13,544 bases of DNA from Candidatus Scalinduaceae bacterium (GCA_046759445.1 JBHICG010000081.1:1-13544); one strand, 5' to 3'. Shown: positions 1-9,188, numbered from the stretch's first letter. The notes: generated from the letters alone by a model not told the origin. Numbers and translations: made by a program.

Positions 1-55
1 GGGTATGATAAATATCATATTTCGATTCTAGAAATTATCGTGCCGAACAGTATTG
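1..55 (-). mobile_element. Possible terminus of an insertion sequence (IS4-family-like end) running off the window edge
   Basis: The minus strand from 55 reads CAATACTGTTCGGCACGATAA, resembling IS4-group ends (C/TAATRCYGWTC...). It coincides with the point where the lipoprotein ORF ends abruptly (DKV|NTVRHDNF*). A perfect TATGATA-AA-TATCATA inverted repeat lies at 4-19. No transposase is visible. Confidence 0.3.
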
Positions 56-657
56 ACCTTGTCCCTTATATTAATTGTACTGTTAATTATTTTTTCAGGT
101 ATACTGAATGGAGAAATGGGTGGTGAACCACTATGAGTTAATTCCACGTGATTTGCCTTCCAAATAATCTTGGAGTTTGATGTATCAACCATCACTAATT
201 CTGCACCTATGTCTACTCGTGAGTAAACAACACCAAACAGTTTTGAGCATTTTGTAACCCTTCCGTATATTAATGCGTCAGCACTCAATATCTTACCCAG
301 TTTATAAGCGTCTGTTTTGTCCATATCCGCTGTGTGATATGAAGCAATCTTAAGCCTCTGGTCAATCTGATTTAGTTTTATCAAGCCATAATCCCTGAGA
401 CTTAAGTTACCATAAATAGCCCTCCTCAGGATTGTAGTTATTTCATTATTAGCCGTAAGATTTTTGAAAGGTAAGATTGCAATCGTCCTGATATGATTAT
501 GTTTTGGTGAAAATGGAGTTGTTATTTTTGGCTTTGAAGATTCTTGAAGATAATTACATGATGATAACGCGATAATTATGAGTAATAGATTGAGTTTTAA
601 AGATGACCATTTCAAGCAAACATACAATGGACTGCAATTGAAGAATTTAGTTTCCAT
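28..657 (-). CDS. GNA1162/DUF799 (CsgG/TolB-N-like) lipoprotein, probably C-terminally truncated
   Basis: Hydrophobic stretch plus lipobox IIALSS-C. Family-like motifs IAILPFKN, LGKILSADALIYGRVT and IGAELVMVDTSNSKIIW. The expected final helix appears to be missing. Confidence 0.7.
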   Translation of the reverse strand: METKFFNCSPLYVCLKWSSLKLNLLLIIIALSSCNYLQESSKPKITTPFSPKHNHIRTIAILPFKNLTANNEITTILRRAIYGNLSLRDYGLIKLNQIDQRLKIASYHTADMDKTDAYKLGKILSADALIYGRVTKCSKLFGVVYSRVDIGAELVMVDTSNSKIIWKANHVELTHSGSPPISPFSIPEKIINSTINIRDKVNTVRHDNF

Positions 658-1128
658 AATTACTTTCTGTACAAGTCATTATCAAAGAAGAAATTATCTA
701 AAAGTATGCTAGAGAAAATGGAAATAATACGAGAAAAATTTGATATTTGTGACTGTGAATAGTCTTACAAGAATTTTATTGGCAAAAAAACAGGATTAAC
801 AGTGTCATCATGAGAAAGTATATAATATTATGGGTTGGAGGTTAGGATGTTTATTACTTATCAGTGGGTTTAAAAGTGTTTCGAAGCAGTAACAATATAA
901 CATATAAATATGTAAATGCAACGTTTTTTTAGTTTTTATATTTTAATGGTATAAAGAGTAACATCATCAAGATAATATAGTCAAAAATATATCAGATATT
1001 TTTGAAACGTCTCGATATTTGCAAAATTCTTTACGCAACAATTTTTATAATTATATATCATTTCGCTTTGACATCTTCCATTGGCAAATTAATCCCAAAA
1101 TAGTCAGTATTCACGACAGTTGCTTTTG

Positions 1129-2499
1129 TTAAGCCTTAATTAATTTTACCATTTTGGTAATACTATCCTTTGCATCACCAAAAACCATCATTGTCTTCTG
1201 GTTATAAAATAGTTCATTATCCACACCTGAGAAACCAGGACTTAAACTCCTTTTACATATGATTACAGTCCTTGCTTTGTCTGCGTTGAGAATTGGCATC
1301 CCAAAGAGAGGGCTATTCTTATCTGTCCTTGCTGAAGGATTAATAACATCATTTGCACCAACTACCAGTGCTACATCTGTATTTTGAAAATCATCGTTAA
1401 TATCACCTATGTCAAAGAGGAGGTCGTATGGCACATTTGCCTCTGCCAGCAGGACGTTCATATGACCGGGCATACGACCTGCAACAGGATGAATTGCGTA
1501 GCGAACATTAACGTCCTTAGCAATCAGAGTCTTTGTCAGATCGTGTAAGATAAATTGCGCCTGAGCAACGGCGAGGCCATAACCTGGAATGATAATGACT
1601 GATTGAGCGCTCTCAAGTAACATTGCTGCGTCTTCTTCTGTATACTTTATAACTTTGCGTCTTTCCCTGCTTCCAACATCTAATGAGACATCTCCTCCAA
1701 CCGCACCGAAAATAACGTTAGTTAGGGATCGATTCATTGCCTTGCACATAATGCGGGTTAGTATCAAGCCCGAAGCGCCAACTAGTGCACCACTAATGAT
1801 GAGTACATTATTGGAAAGTACAAAACCCGTTGATGCAGCAGCCAGACCAGAACAAGAGTTCAGAAAAGATATTACCACCGGCATATCAGCGCCACCAATT
1901 GGCATGACAAACAAGATACCAAGTGCTAAAGCAATCATAAGAATTACTAACAAACTTGCACTATTAGTCGGACTAATCGTAAAAATGACACTCAAAATGA
2001 GGAAAGAGATGAATATTAGCAAGTTAAGTGTCTTTTGCATCTTGAAAACCACAGGGGTAGATTTTACAAGCCCCTGCAATTTACCACAAGCAACAAGACT
2101 TCCAGTAAGTGTCAGACTACCGATAAAAAGGCTAAGTACCAAAGAAATTATGAGGTCATACTGTAGCTCACCCGTTATACGATAGTATTCGGCTAACGCT
2201 ACAAAAGCCGAAGCCCCGCCACCAAGCCCGTTGAATAATGCTACCATTTGGGGCATTGCCGTCATCTGAACCTTCTTAGCGATAACAGCACCAATTGCAC
2301 TCCCGATAATTAGACCCACGATAATAAAAGTAAAGTCTATAATCTCGTTCTTAGTAAGCGTTACCACAATAGCAATTAGCATTCCAGACATGGCAAACAG
2401 ATTGCCACGGCGCGCAGTTTTTGGTGAACTGAGATTCTTGAGGCCGAGGATAAACAATATTGAGGAGAGGAGATAAGCGATTGTGGTTATAGTTTCCAT
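1129..2499 (-). CDS. pntB: NAD(P) transhydrogenase subunit beta
   Basis: Multi-TM N-terminus with MTAMPQMVALFNGLGG and GGADMPVVISFLNS. NADP-binding dIII motifs PGYGLAVAQAQ, HPVAGRMPGHMNVLLAEA and GANDVINP. Confidence 0.98.
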   Translation of the reverse strand: METITTIAYLLSSILFILGLKNLSSPKTARRGNLFAMSGMLIAIVVTLTKNEIIDFTFIIVGLIIGSAIGAVIAKKVQMTAMPQMVALFNGLGGGASAFVALAEYYRITGELQYDLIISLVLSLFIGSLTLTGSLVACGKLQGLVKSTPVVFKMQKTLNLLIFISFLILSVIFTISPTNSASLLVILMIALALGILFVMPIGGADMPVVISFLNSCSGLAAASTGFVLSNNVLIISGALVGASGLILTRIMCKAMNRSLTNVIFGAVGGDVSLDVGSRERRKVIKYTEEDAAMLLESAQSVIIIPGYGLAVAQAQFILHDLTKTLIAKDVNVRYAIHPVAGRMPGHMNVLLAEANVPYDLLFDIGDINDDFQNTDVALVVGANDVINPSARTDKNSPLFGMPILNADKARTVIICKRSLSPGFSGVDNELFYNQKTMMVFGDAKDSITKMVKLIKA

Positions 2500-2509
2500 A
2501 ATTCAAGTT

Positions 2510-2803
2510 CTATTCTTTCTTCTTCCCTTTCTTGAACATTTCCAGCATTCGATCTGTTACCAGAAAACCACCTACAACGTTGATAGTGGCAAATATTACG
2601 GCTAGCAAACCTAAAATTGAACTGATCCTTGAGTCCCCCGCGCCGGCGCTGATGAGTGAACCCACAAGGGTTATACCTGAAATTGCATTAGTACCAGACA
2701 TGAGTGGTGTGTGCAAAAGTGGAGGCACCTTCGTAATTACCTCAAATCCTACAAAGATTGCCAAGACAAAGATATATATAGGTACCAATAATGATTCAAT
2801 CAT
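2510..2803 (-). CDS. pntAB: NAD(P) transhydrogenase subunit alpha part 2 (membrane)
   Basis: VPPLLHTPLMSGTNAISGI and NVVGGFLVTDRMLEMF motifs. AGGAGG RBS, and the start overlaps the upstream stop (ATGA). Confidence 0.97.
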   Translation of the reverse strand: MIESLLVPIYIFVLAIFVGFEVITKVPPLLHTPLMSGTNAISGITLVGSLISAGAGDSRISSILGLLAVIFATINVVGGFLVTDRMLEMFKKGKKKE

Positions 2804-3945
2804 TTGTCTGTTCCTCCTTTTTGAAAGGCTTTCCTCACAATTACATTAACAACCTCACCTTTGTACGTAATGCATGTACTCTTAGTAATTTCATCATCAA
2901 AATCGAGAGATCCATCATTTGCTTTATACAAGTGCGTGAATAAATTTGTGATGTTCCTGGAATACATTCGGCTTGCATCTGTGGGAAGAGATGATGGAAT
3001 ATTTGTATTACCATATATAATTATGCCATGTCTAACAATTTCCTTTCCAGCTTCGGTAAGCTCACAATTACCTCCTTGTTCTGAAGCAAGGTCAATGATG
3101 ACAGAGCCTTTCTTCATTTGCCTTACCATTTTCGCCGTTATCAGCACAGGAGCCTTTTTACCGAATACTTGAGCAGTAGAAATAATAACGTCATTCTCTG
3201 CAATCCTGTTTCCAATAATTTCCCGCTCCTTTTTCAAGAATTCGTCAGACATCTCTTTTGCGTATCCTTCGGATGTTTCAGAATCCTTGACAAGTTCCAT
3301 CTCTATGAATTGTGCCCCCAGGCTTTTTATCTGTTCTTTCACTGAAGGACGAGTATCAAATGCTTCAACTTTCGCACCCAAACTACGTGCCGTAGCAATA
3401 GCTTGTAAACCTGCAACGCCTGCACCAATTACCAATACCTTTGCTGGTGGAATAGTTCCGGCTGCAGTCATCAAAAGTGGAAAGAATTTACCCAGGTGGT
3501 TTGCAGCAATAAGTACTGCACGATACCCCGCAATACTTGACATAGAACTAAGAGCGTCCATACTCTGTGCACGTGCAATACGCGGAATATACTCTATGGC
3601 AAAACTGGTGATATTTCCCCCCCTCATCTCTTGTATGATATCCAACTTTGATGTTGGAGACAACATTCCAATAAATGTTGACTCCGGTTTCATTGTCTTA
3701 ACTTCTTCTTTCTGTGGAGGTTGAACCTTCATAACCAAATCCGACTCTGCATAGAGGCGCCGTGCGTCAGGAATAATAGTTGCACCAGCTTTTTCATATT
3801 CGGTATCAGAAAAAAAAGCTGCTTCACCTGCATCCGTTTCAACGAGTACTCCTTGACCCTCTTTTATTAGCTTTGCAACCATTTTTGGCACAATAGCTAC
3901 TCGTTTTTCACCTTCAAGGATTTCTTTTGGTATACCTATTCTCAT
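2800..3945 (-). CDS. pntAA: NAD(P) transhydrogenase subunit alpha part 1 (NAD-binding dI)
   Basis: MRIGIPKE..GEKRVA, RIARAQSMDALSS, Rossmann motif VIGAGVAGLQA and DLASEQGGNCE. Confidence 0.97.
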   Translation of the reverse strand: MRIGIPKEILEGEKRVAIVPKMVAKLIKEGQGVLVETDAGEAAFFSDTEYEKAGATIIPDARRLYAESDLVMKVQPPQKEEVKTMKPESTFIGMLSPTSKLDIIQEMRGGNITSFAIEYIPRIARAQSMDALSSMSSIAGYRAVLIAANHLGKFFPLLMTAAGTIPPAKVLVIGAGVAGLQAIATARSLGAKVEAFDTRPSVKEQIKSLGAQFIEMELVKDSETSEGYAKEMSDEFLKKEREIIGNRIAENDVIISTAQVFGKKAPVLITAKMVRQMKKGSVIIDLASEQGGNCELTEAGKEIVRHGIIIYGNTNIPSSLPTDASRMYSRNITNLFTHLYKANDGSLDFDDEITKSTCITYKGEVVNVIVRKAFQKGGTDK

Positions 3946-3968
3946 TTTATGTTAATATTTCTTTGCAT

Positions 3969-3992
3969 CTGTGTAAAATATCACTATTTTAC
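3969..3992. promoter_or_regulatory. Candidate operator upstream of the pnt operon
   Basis: Perfect inverted repeat GTAAAATA-TCAC-TATTTTAC (3973-3992). It overlaps TGTGT-N6-TCACT (3970-3985), which resembles CRP-family and Rex boxes. Confidence 0.35.
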
Positions 3993-4018
3993 TGTGTAAA
4001 TTAATTATAATTAACTAA

Positions 4019-4047
4019 TTCATAAAATATTAGGACAAAGATGTCAA
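4019..4047 (-). promoter_or_regulatory. Candidate sigma70 promoter for the pnt operon
   Basis: TTGACA (4047-4042), 17-bp spacer, TATGAA (4024-4019). The AT-rich context makes a chance match possible. Confidence 0.3.
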
Positions 4048-4193
4048 GATGTTTACTAACCACAAAATTATAAAATAAATCTTGAAAGATAACTGAACTA
4101 AATAACAATTGCTTTTGTTTAATATTTTTTGTATATTTTTTAAGCTAAAATGGTGTTTATATATTATAATAATTTTTAAGTGGGAGATAACTG

Positions 4194-4880
4194 ATGCTTC
4201 GGCAAAACAGTTTTTTACCATCAGGGTCAATGGTTGTTATTATGTTCTTTAGTATTTACGGTTCTGTTTTTGCTGATCTAACATGGTCAATCGAAGGTGA
4301 ATATTTTGAGGGATGTACGTGCAACCCTGGATGTCCCTGTCTTTTCGGAAGCGAACCAACACACAATAGTACTTGTAAAATTACGGGAGTTTTTCACATT
4401 CACAAAGGAAAATATGGACAATATAATTTAGACGGTCAAACTGTCATTGGTATAACTGACTTAACTGCATCACAAAGTAAAAATTGGATTGTTTTTTACA
4501 TTAACAAAAAAGGCTCCTCGGGTGCTCATGGAAAGGCATTATTAGATATTTTTAAGAGCCATGTTTTTGGTTTTGCCGAAGTCCCATCAGAGAGGATTAC
4601 AGTAAGATATTTACCAATACAGATAGAGTCTTCTGAATGGCGTAAGAAAGTGTCTGTAGCCGATAACTTGACATTAGACGTGGAAATATTAAGAGGAAAG
4701 GGAGATCCTGACAAACCAACCCAGATTGTTAATAAAAATTTCCCAATTTGGTCAAAAGAATTTGATACAACCCTGGATATGGGCAAGGCTGTTACTCATA
4801 GATTTCACGAAGGCAATCAGGAGTGGAATTATGACGGGCGAAGTGGTTTTGCAACAAGATTTCATTTTACGGGTAATTAA
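4194..4880 (+). CDS. DUF1326 family Cys-rich (putative metal-binding) protein with likely signal peptide
   Basis: WSIEGEYFEGCTCNPGCPCLFGSEPT...C signature, C-terminal WNYDGRSGF, N-terminal hydrophobic segment ending VFA-D, and a GGGAG RBS. Confidence 0.85.
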   Translation: MLRQNSFLPSGSMVVIMFFSIYGSVFADLTWSIEGEYFEGCTCNPGCPCLFGSEPTHNSTCKITGVFHIHKGKYGQYNLDGQTVIGITDLTASQSKNWIVFYINKKGSSGAHGKALLDIFKSHVFGFAEVPSERITVRYLPIQIESSEWRKKVSVADNLTLDVEILRGKGDPDKPTQIVNKNFPIWSKEFDTTLDMGKAVTHRFHEGNQEWNYDGRSGFATRFHFTGN

Positions 4881-5013
4881 AATTATTAATTATAATGTAA
4901 AAAATACATCTTAAATAAAAATTATCTAACCAACAACTTTATTCTCACTAGGAATATTTAAACCATTATCCGTTCTTAATTGCAGTATTACTGTAACCTT
5001 AAATCCAATATGC

Positions 5014-6411
5014 TTGGGCATCTTCTCTTTCTCAACTTCTTCTAATATTGTGAAAAGAAAAGGATTAATAAATATATTTAGAGGAATCAGGTTCAAATTA
5101 TCAGTTATTACATTTCTCCTCGTTGCCCTCATAACAACGGCTTCCTCAATGACCGTAATGAACGTAATGGATCGTTTTATCATGGGAGAACTCATTAAAA
5201 GAGGATTTTCTATGGGTAGAAGTGCAGCAACCGCTTCTGGATATAGTTTACTATCAGGAGACACCCTCGCCCTTGACAACCTAACCGCCAAGTTAAAAGA
5301 ATTCAGAGAAGACGTGCTTTTTATTGCTGTGGTGGATAATACCGGTGAGATAAAAGCTCATAGCACGATCGGAGAAACCAGCAAACTATTCCTTATCACA
5401 GACGGAGAGGTCGTAATGACTGAAAAAGACGGATCAACTGTAAAGAAGACTATAAGAGATGATGTATCTAATTATGAATTCATGATTCCCATAAATTTTG
5501 CCGAAAAAATACTTGGAAACGTATATATAGGCATTGATGCAAATACCCTTATCATTGCTCAATCACAAGCCAGGAAAAAGATTATTTTCATTTCTGTCTT
5601 ATTTCTCGCTATCGGTATTGCTGGAACATTCTTTCTTTCCACCTTCTTCACAACTCCGATTAAGAAATTGTCAGAGGGTGTATCACAACTCTCATCAGGC
5701 AAGTATTCGCATGAAATACCTGTTGTTTCAAAAGACGAACTAGGAGAATTAACAGAAAACTTTAATAACATGGCAAAAACAATAACAGAGCAGAAGAACA
5801 AACTTGAGAATTATGCTAAAGAACTAGAAGATGCTTTTATATCTACGGTCAGAGTATTATCCGCTGCTATAGATGCTAGAGATCAGTATACATTAGGTCA
5901 TTCCACAAGAGTTGCGAAGTTATCCATTCTCTTGGGAAAGAAAATGGAGTTAATTGATGAGCAACTCAAGGACCTTGAGTTAGCATGTTTATTGCATGAT
6001 GTTGGTAAGATAAGAACTCCTGATAATGTTCTTCAAAAAGACAACCCTCTATCCAAAGAAGACCACCTTATGCTAATGAAACATCCAGAAGATGGTGCAA
6101 GCATTCTCAAGCTCGTAGATTCGTTACACAAACATATACCATCTATTCTCTACCATCATGAGTGGTACAATGCCGAAGGATATCCGGAAGGTCTCAAAGG
6201 TGATGAAATTCCTCTCTTTGCTACTATTATTTCAATAACAGATGCTTATGATGCGATGACTACTTCAAGGCCGTATAGAAATGCAAGATCTAAGGAGGAA
6301 GCAATTAAAGAACTGAGGAAATTCAAGGGAAAACAGTTTGACCCTAACATTACAGATCTATTCATCGAAGTACTTGAAGAATATAAAAACAATGATACAT
6401 GTTCTTTATAG
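5014..6411 (+). CDS. Membrane-bound HAMP + HD-GYP domain protein (putative cyclic-di-GMP phosphodiesterase); true start may be GTG at 5050
   Basis: Two TM helices flank an extracytoplasmic domain. HAMP (PIKKLSEGV...DELGELTENFNNM), then YTLGHSTRV, LLHDVGK, HHEWYNAEGYPEGL and DAYDAMTTSRPYR. Confidence 0.92.
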   Translation: MGIFSFSTSSNIVKRKGLINIFRGIRFKLSVITFLLVALITTASSMTVMNVMDRFIMGELIKRGFSMGRSAATASGYSLLSGDTLALDNLTAKLKEFREDVLFIAVVDNTGEIKAHSTIGETSKLFLITDGEVVMTEKDGSTVKKTIRDDVSNYEFMIPINFAEKILGNVYIGIDANTLIIAQSQARKKIIFISVLFLAIGIAGTFFLSTFFTTPIKKLSEGVSQLSSGKYSHEIPVVSKDELGELTENFNNMAKTITEQKNKLENYAKELEDAFISTVRVLSAAIDARDQYTLGHSTRVAKLSILLGKKMELIDEQLKDLELACLLHDVGKIRTPDNVLQKDNPLSKEDHLMLMKHPEDGASILKLVDSLHKHIPSILYHHEWYNAEGYPEGLKGDEIPLFATIISITDAYDAMTTSRPYRNARSKEEAIKELRKFKGKQFDPNITDLFIEVLEEYKNNDTCSL

Positions 6412-6420
6412 AGGTATATA

Positions 6421-6975
6421 ATGAGGATGTATTTGGTAATCATTCTGTTGTTAAACTGTATTTTTTCTTCCTGTACCCATTTTAGATATGAAAATTGGAA
6501 GATAAATAACAATGATAAAGTTAAACACAAAATATCATCGCTTGTATATAATGGGGAATATGCACAAGCGATTGAGCTGATAACGGCTGCAGTAAAATCA
6601 GGCAAATCTGAACTTTCTTACGGCAATCAATATGTAGATTCAATAAACGGACTCGCAGCAAAGGGAATGGCTTATTATTCCGTAGGAGATTATGAACATG
6701 CTGGTATAATCTTAAAGAAAGTCATAAACAACTTCCCATCAAACAAGAGTTTGGCAACTAAAATAAAGTATTCTCAAGAAGAAATAAAATCATATATTAA
6801 TGAACTTACGGAAAAGTTGATGGAAGAAGGGGTCTTTAAATATAGAGAGGGAAATTTAGTAAATGCAATTTCAATATGGGAAAAGATTTTAAAATACGAT
6901 CCAGACCACATTAAAGCAAATAAAATGGTTGATACTGCAACTACACAGATGAATTATCTTAAGACGGTTGAATAG
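6421..6975 (+). CDS. TPR-like helical lipoprotein
   Basis: Lipobox IFSS-C, TPR-like segments (GVFKYREGNLVNAISIWEKILKYDPDH) and a GAGGT RBS. Starts 9 bp after the HD-GYP stop. Confidence 0.8.
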   Translation: MRMYLVIILLLNCIFSSCTHFRYENWKINNNDKVKHKISSLVYNGEYAQAIELITAAVKSGKSELSYGNQYVDSINGLAAKGMAYYSVGDYEHAGIILKKVINNFPSNKSLATKIKYSQEEIKSYINELTEKLMEEGVFKYREGNLVNAISIWEKILKYDPDHIKANKMVDTATTQMNYLKTVE

Positions 6976-6983
6976 TTTTAAAA

Positions 6984-8486
6984 TTATTTTGTTGGTACTG
7001 CGGAGTTCTTAAAGATATGCATTTCACAAATTTTACGGAAATGGTGACCGTAAATTGCAAGTGTAACTGCCAGTGGGAATAACTTGGGGCGGCGAAAATA
7101 CGTCCATAATAAAAGCTTCCAATAGTGGGCTCTCCCTTTGCATATAATACCCAGATGATAAGTGGAACGGAAAAACGCCAGGACTTGCTGGATGTTCAAA
7201 CGTGCTTTTATCTTCGGCGGTTTATATTCTCTGAATAAGGTCATTACACGTTTATAGTAGTGTTCTGGTGAATAAATATGTTGCAGGATCTTTTTATAAC
7301 CCTCTTTCAATACATCAAGATTCATATTAGGTATTATGTTAGTTGTTCCGTCTACATTGTCACCTGTCATTTGACCAAGCAATCGCCCCTCTCGCCTCAA
7401 ACGTTCATAAAGTTTTGTGCCGCATGGAGCTTGAAGTAGGCCAACCATCGCAGTTACAATCCCGCTCTTCTGGATAAAATCAATTTGTCTCTGAAAGATG
7501 GAGGAAGTATCATTGTCAAAGCCCACAACGAAACCAGCTTGTACTTGCAATCCGGTACGCTGTATTAGTCTCACGTCTTCGACCAGGTTGCGGTTTCTGT
7601 TTTGCTTCTTACTACATTCGGCCAAACTTTCATCATCAGGCGTCTCAATCCCGATAAAGACCGTATCAAATCCAGCTTCAACCATCATCTGCATCATTTT
7701 TTCATCATCGGCCAGGTTGATAGATGTTTCAGTGTGAAATGGTATTGCCACATTGTCTTCCTGCCATTTTATAAGCCTTGGTAACAACTCCGTCTTAAGC
7801 TTTCTTTTGTTCCCAATGAGATTATCATCTACGAAGAAGACTGAACCACGCCATCCCCGCCGATAGAAGCTTTCCAACTCAGCAATGATCTGCTCTGCAG
7901 TCTTTATACGTGGTCGGTGACCAAATAATGTCGTCACATTGCAGAACTCGCACTGGTAAGGGCAGCCTCTGGAATACTGTATACTCATAGAGACATACCG
8001 TTTAAGATCAATTAACTCCCACATAGGAACTGGAGAATTCTGGATGTCAGCAAATTCTGACGATGCATAAACCCGCTTCAACTGCCCTCGTTCCAAATCC
8101 TCCAAAAAGGAAGGAAGTGTTACCTCTGCCTCATTCAGCACGAAATGATCTACCTCTTCAAATTGTTCGTACTCACTGGTAAAGAGCGGGCCTCCTGCAA
8201 CTACCTTTATGCCTGCTTCTTTACATCGTGCAATGATTTGACGTGCTGATTCTCTTTGCACGACCATGCCACCAATAAAAACATAATCAGCCCACGCCAG
8301 ATCCTTATCTGTAAGCTTTGTTACATTGACGTCTACCAAACGTTTTGCCCACTCTGACGGTAGCATTGCTGCAACTGTCAGTAACCCCAGTGGGGGTGAG
8401 GACGCTTTTTTGCGTATGAATTTAAGTGCGTGTTTGAAACTCCAGAATGTATCTGGAAACTCAGGATAGACTAATAGAACGTTCAT
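6984..8486 (-). CDS. B12-binding radical SAM protein with DUF4070-type C-terminus
   Basis: N-terminal cobalamin-binding domain (PPLGLLTVAAML, VVAGGP), CPYQCEFC CxxxCxxC motif, FFVDDNLIG, VFIGIET and an AGGA RBS. Confidence 0.92.
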   Translation of the reverse strand: MNVLLVYPEFPDTFWSFKHALKFIRKKASSPPLGLLTVAAMLPSEWAKRLVDVNVTKLTDKDLAWADYVFIGGMVVQRESARQIIARCKEAGIKVVAGGPLFTSEYEQFEEVDHFVLNEAEVTLPSFLEDLERGQLKRVYASSEFADIQNSPVPMWELIDLKRYVSMSIQYSRGCPYQCEFCNVTTLFGHRPRIKTAEQIIAELESFYRRGWRGSVFFVDDNLIGNKRKLKTELLPRLIKWQEDNVAIPFHTETSINLADDEKMMQMMVEAGFDTVFIGIETPDDESLAECSKKQNRNRNLVEDVRLIQRTGLQVQAGFVVGFDNDTSSIFQRQIDFIQKSGIVTAMVGLLQAPCGTKLYERLRREGRLLGQMTGDNVDGTTNIIPNMNLDVLKEGYKKILQHIYSPEHYYKRVMTLFREYKPPKIKARLNIQQVLAFFRSTYHLGIICKGRAHYWKLLLWTYFRRPKLFPLAVTLAIYGHHFRKICEMHIFKNSAVPTK

Positions 8487-8720
8487 ATGGTTCCTTTCTT
8501 ATAACTATTCTAAAAGGTCTATGAACAAATTGTTGTCTTACTATCAGTATTTTTTAAATATACAACCCGTCATATATTGGCTGATACTAATAAACTTGTA
8601 TATTAAAATCAAGCGTAAAATGATGTATTTCAAGGCATAAATAAATCTTAGCTTTTTGATATTAACAATACAATCTTATACAGCTAAAATTTTTACGGAT
8701 TATTACACCTCTTTAAAAAT

Positions 8721-8924
8721 CTAGAAAGTCTTCTTTTTTAATGTAGATAAAAGTCTTTCATATTTTTTGTGCAGTTTTTTTTCATGATTAAGCGCATCCT
8801 TTACAATTCTTTTAAAAAAAGTCTTCAACAAGGGATCTGTTTGCTGTTCTGCAAGTTTTACATATTTTTCTTGTAATTCCTTTTCATCTTTTATTACCAT
8901 CTCCATTGCTTCAGATAAATTCAT
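8721..8924 (-). CDS. Small ferritin/rubrerythrin-like two-helix protein
   Basis: Pattern EAMEMVIKDE...Y.KLAE...DP.LK.FF..I..D...H matches one helix pair of a ferritin-like fold. Strong GGAGG RBS at 8935-8931. Confidence 0.75.
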   Translation of the reverse strand: MNLSEAMEMVIKDEKELQEKYVKLAEQQTDPLLKTFFKRIVKDALNHEKKLHKKYERLLSTLKKKTF

Positions 8925-9162
8925 ATAATACCTCCATAGTCGGAATATTAGGTAAAACGATACGTGTCTAAAAATCTTTTTTAAGTCGGTGTGAATATTA
9001 AAGCAAAAACCTGTAATTTATCAACAATTATTCGAAATTATTTTTTATTATTTCTATACTCGCTTGATAGTGCAGCCTATGGCAGTTTAATGAATACCTG
9101 GATATTCTGCAATCTCCTTTATCGTATAACCCATAGAGGTACAGGTGTGTAAAAGTAAAAGG

Positions 9163-9188
9163 GGGTCACATCTTTGATATTTGATATT
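9163..9188 (+). repeat. Left terminal inverted repeat of the MITE
   Basis: GGGTCACATCTTTGATATTTGATATT; 25/26 match to the reverse complement of 9559-9584. Confidence 0.92.

Noticed and set aside
658..1128. 471-bp AT-rich intergenic region as a possible ncRNA, CRISPR array or origin
   Set aside because: No regularly spaced repeats, stable hairpins or recognisable RNA motif were seen by eye; an Rfam scan would be needed to exclude one fully.
1655..3724. Plus-strand ORFs 1655-2185, 2532-2849, 2861-3172, 3118-3345 and 3287-3724
   Set aside because: Antisense shadows of the pnt genes with no recognisable motifs.
4030..4230. 66-aa minus-strand ORF
   Set aside because: Lies in AT-rich intergenic DNA, overlaps the DUF1326 start and has low-complexity composition.
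4526..6605. ORFs 4526-4786, 4726-4914, 4926-5291, 5534-5743, 5559-5801 and 6246-6605
   Set aside because: They overlap well-supported genes in other frames or strands. Only the tail of 4926-5291 is kept as a weak remnant hypothesis.
7498..7784. Two short plus-strand ORFs
   Set aside because: Antisense to the radical SAM gene.
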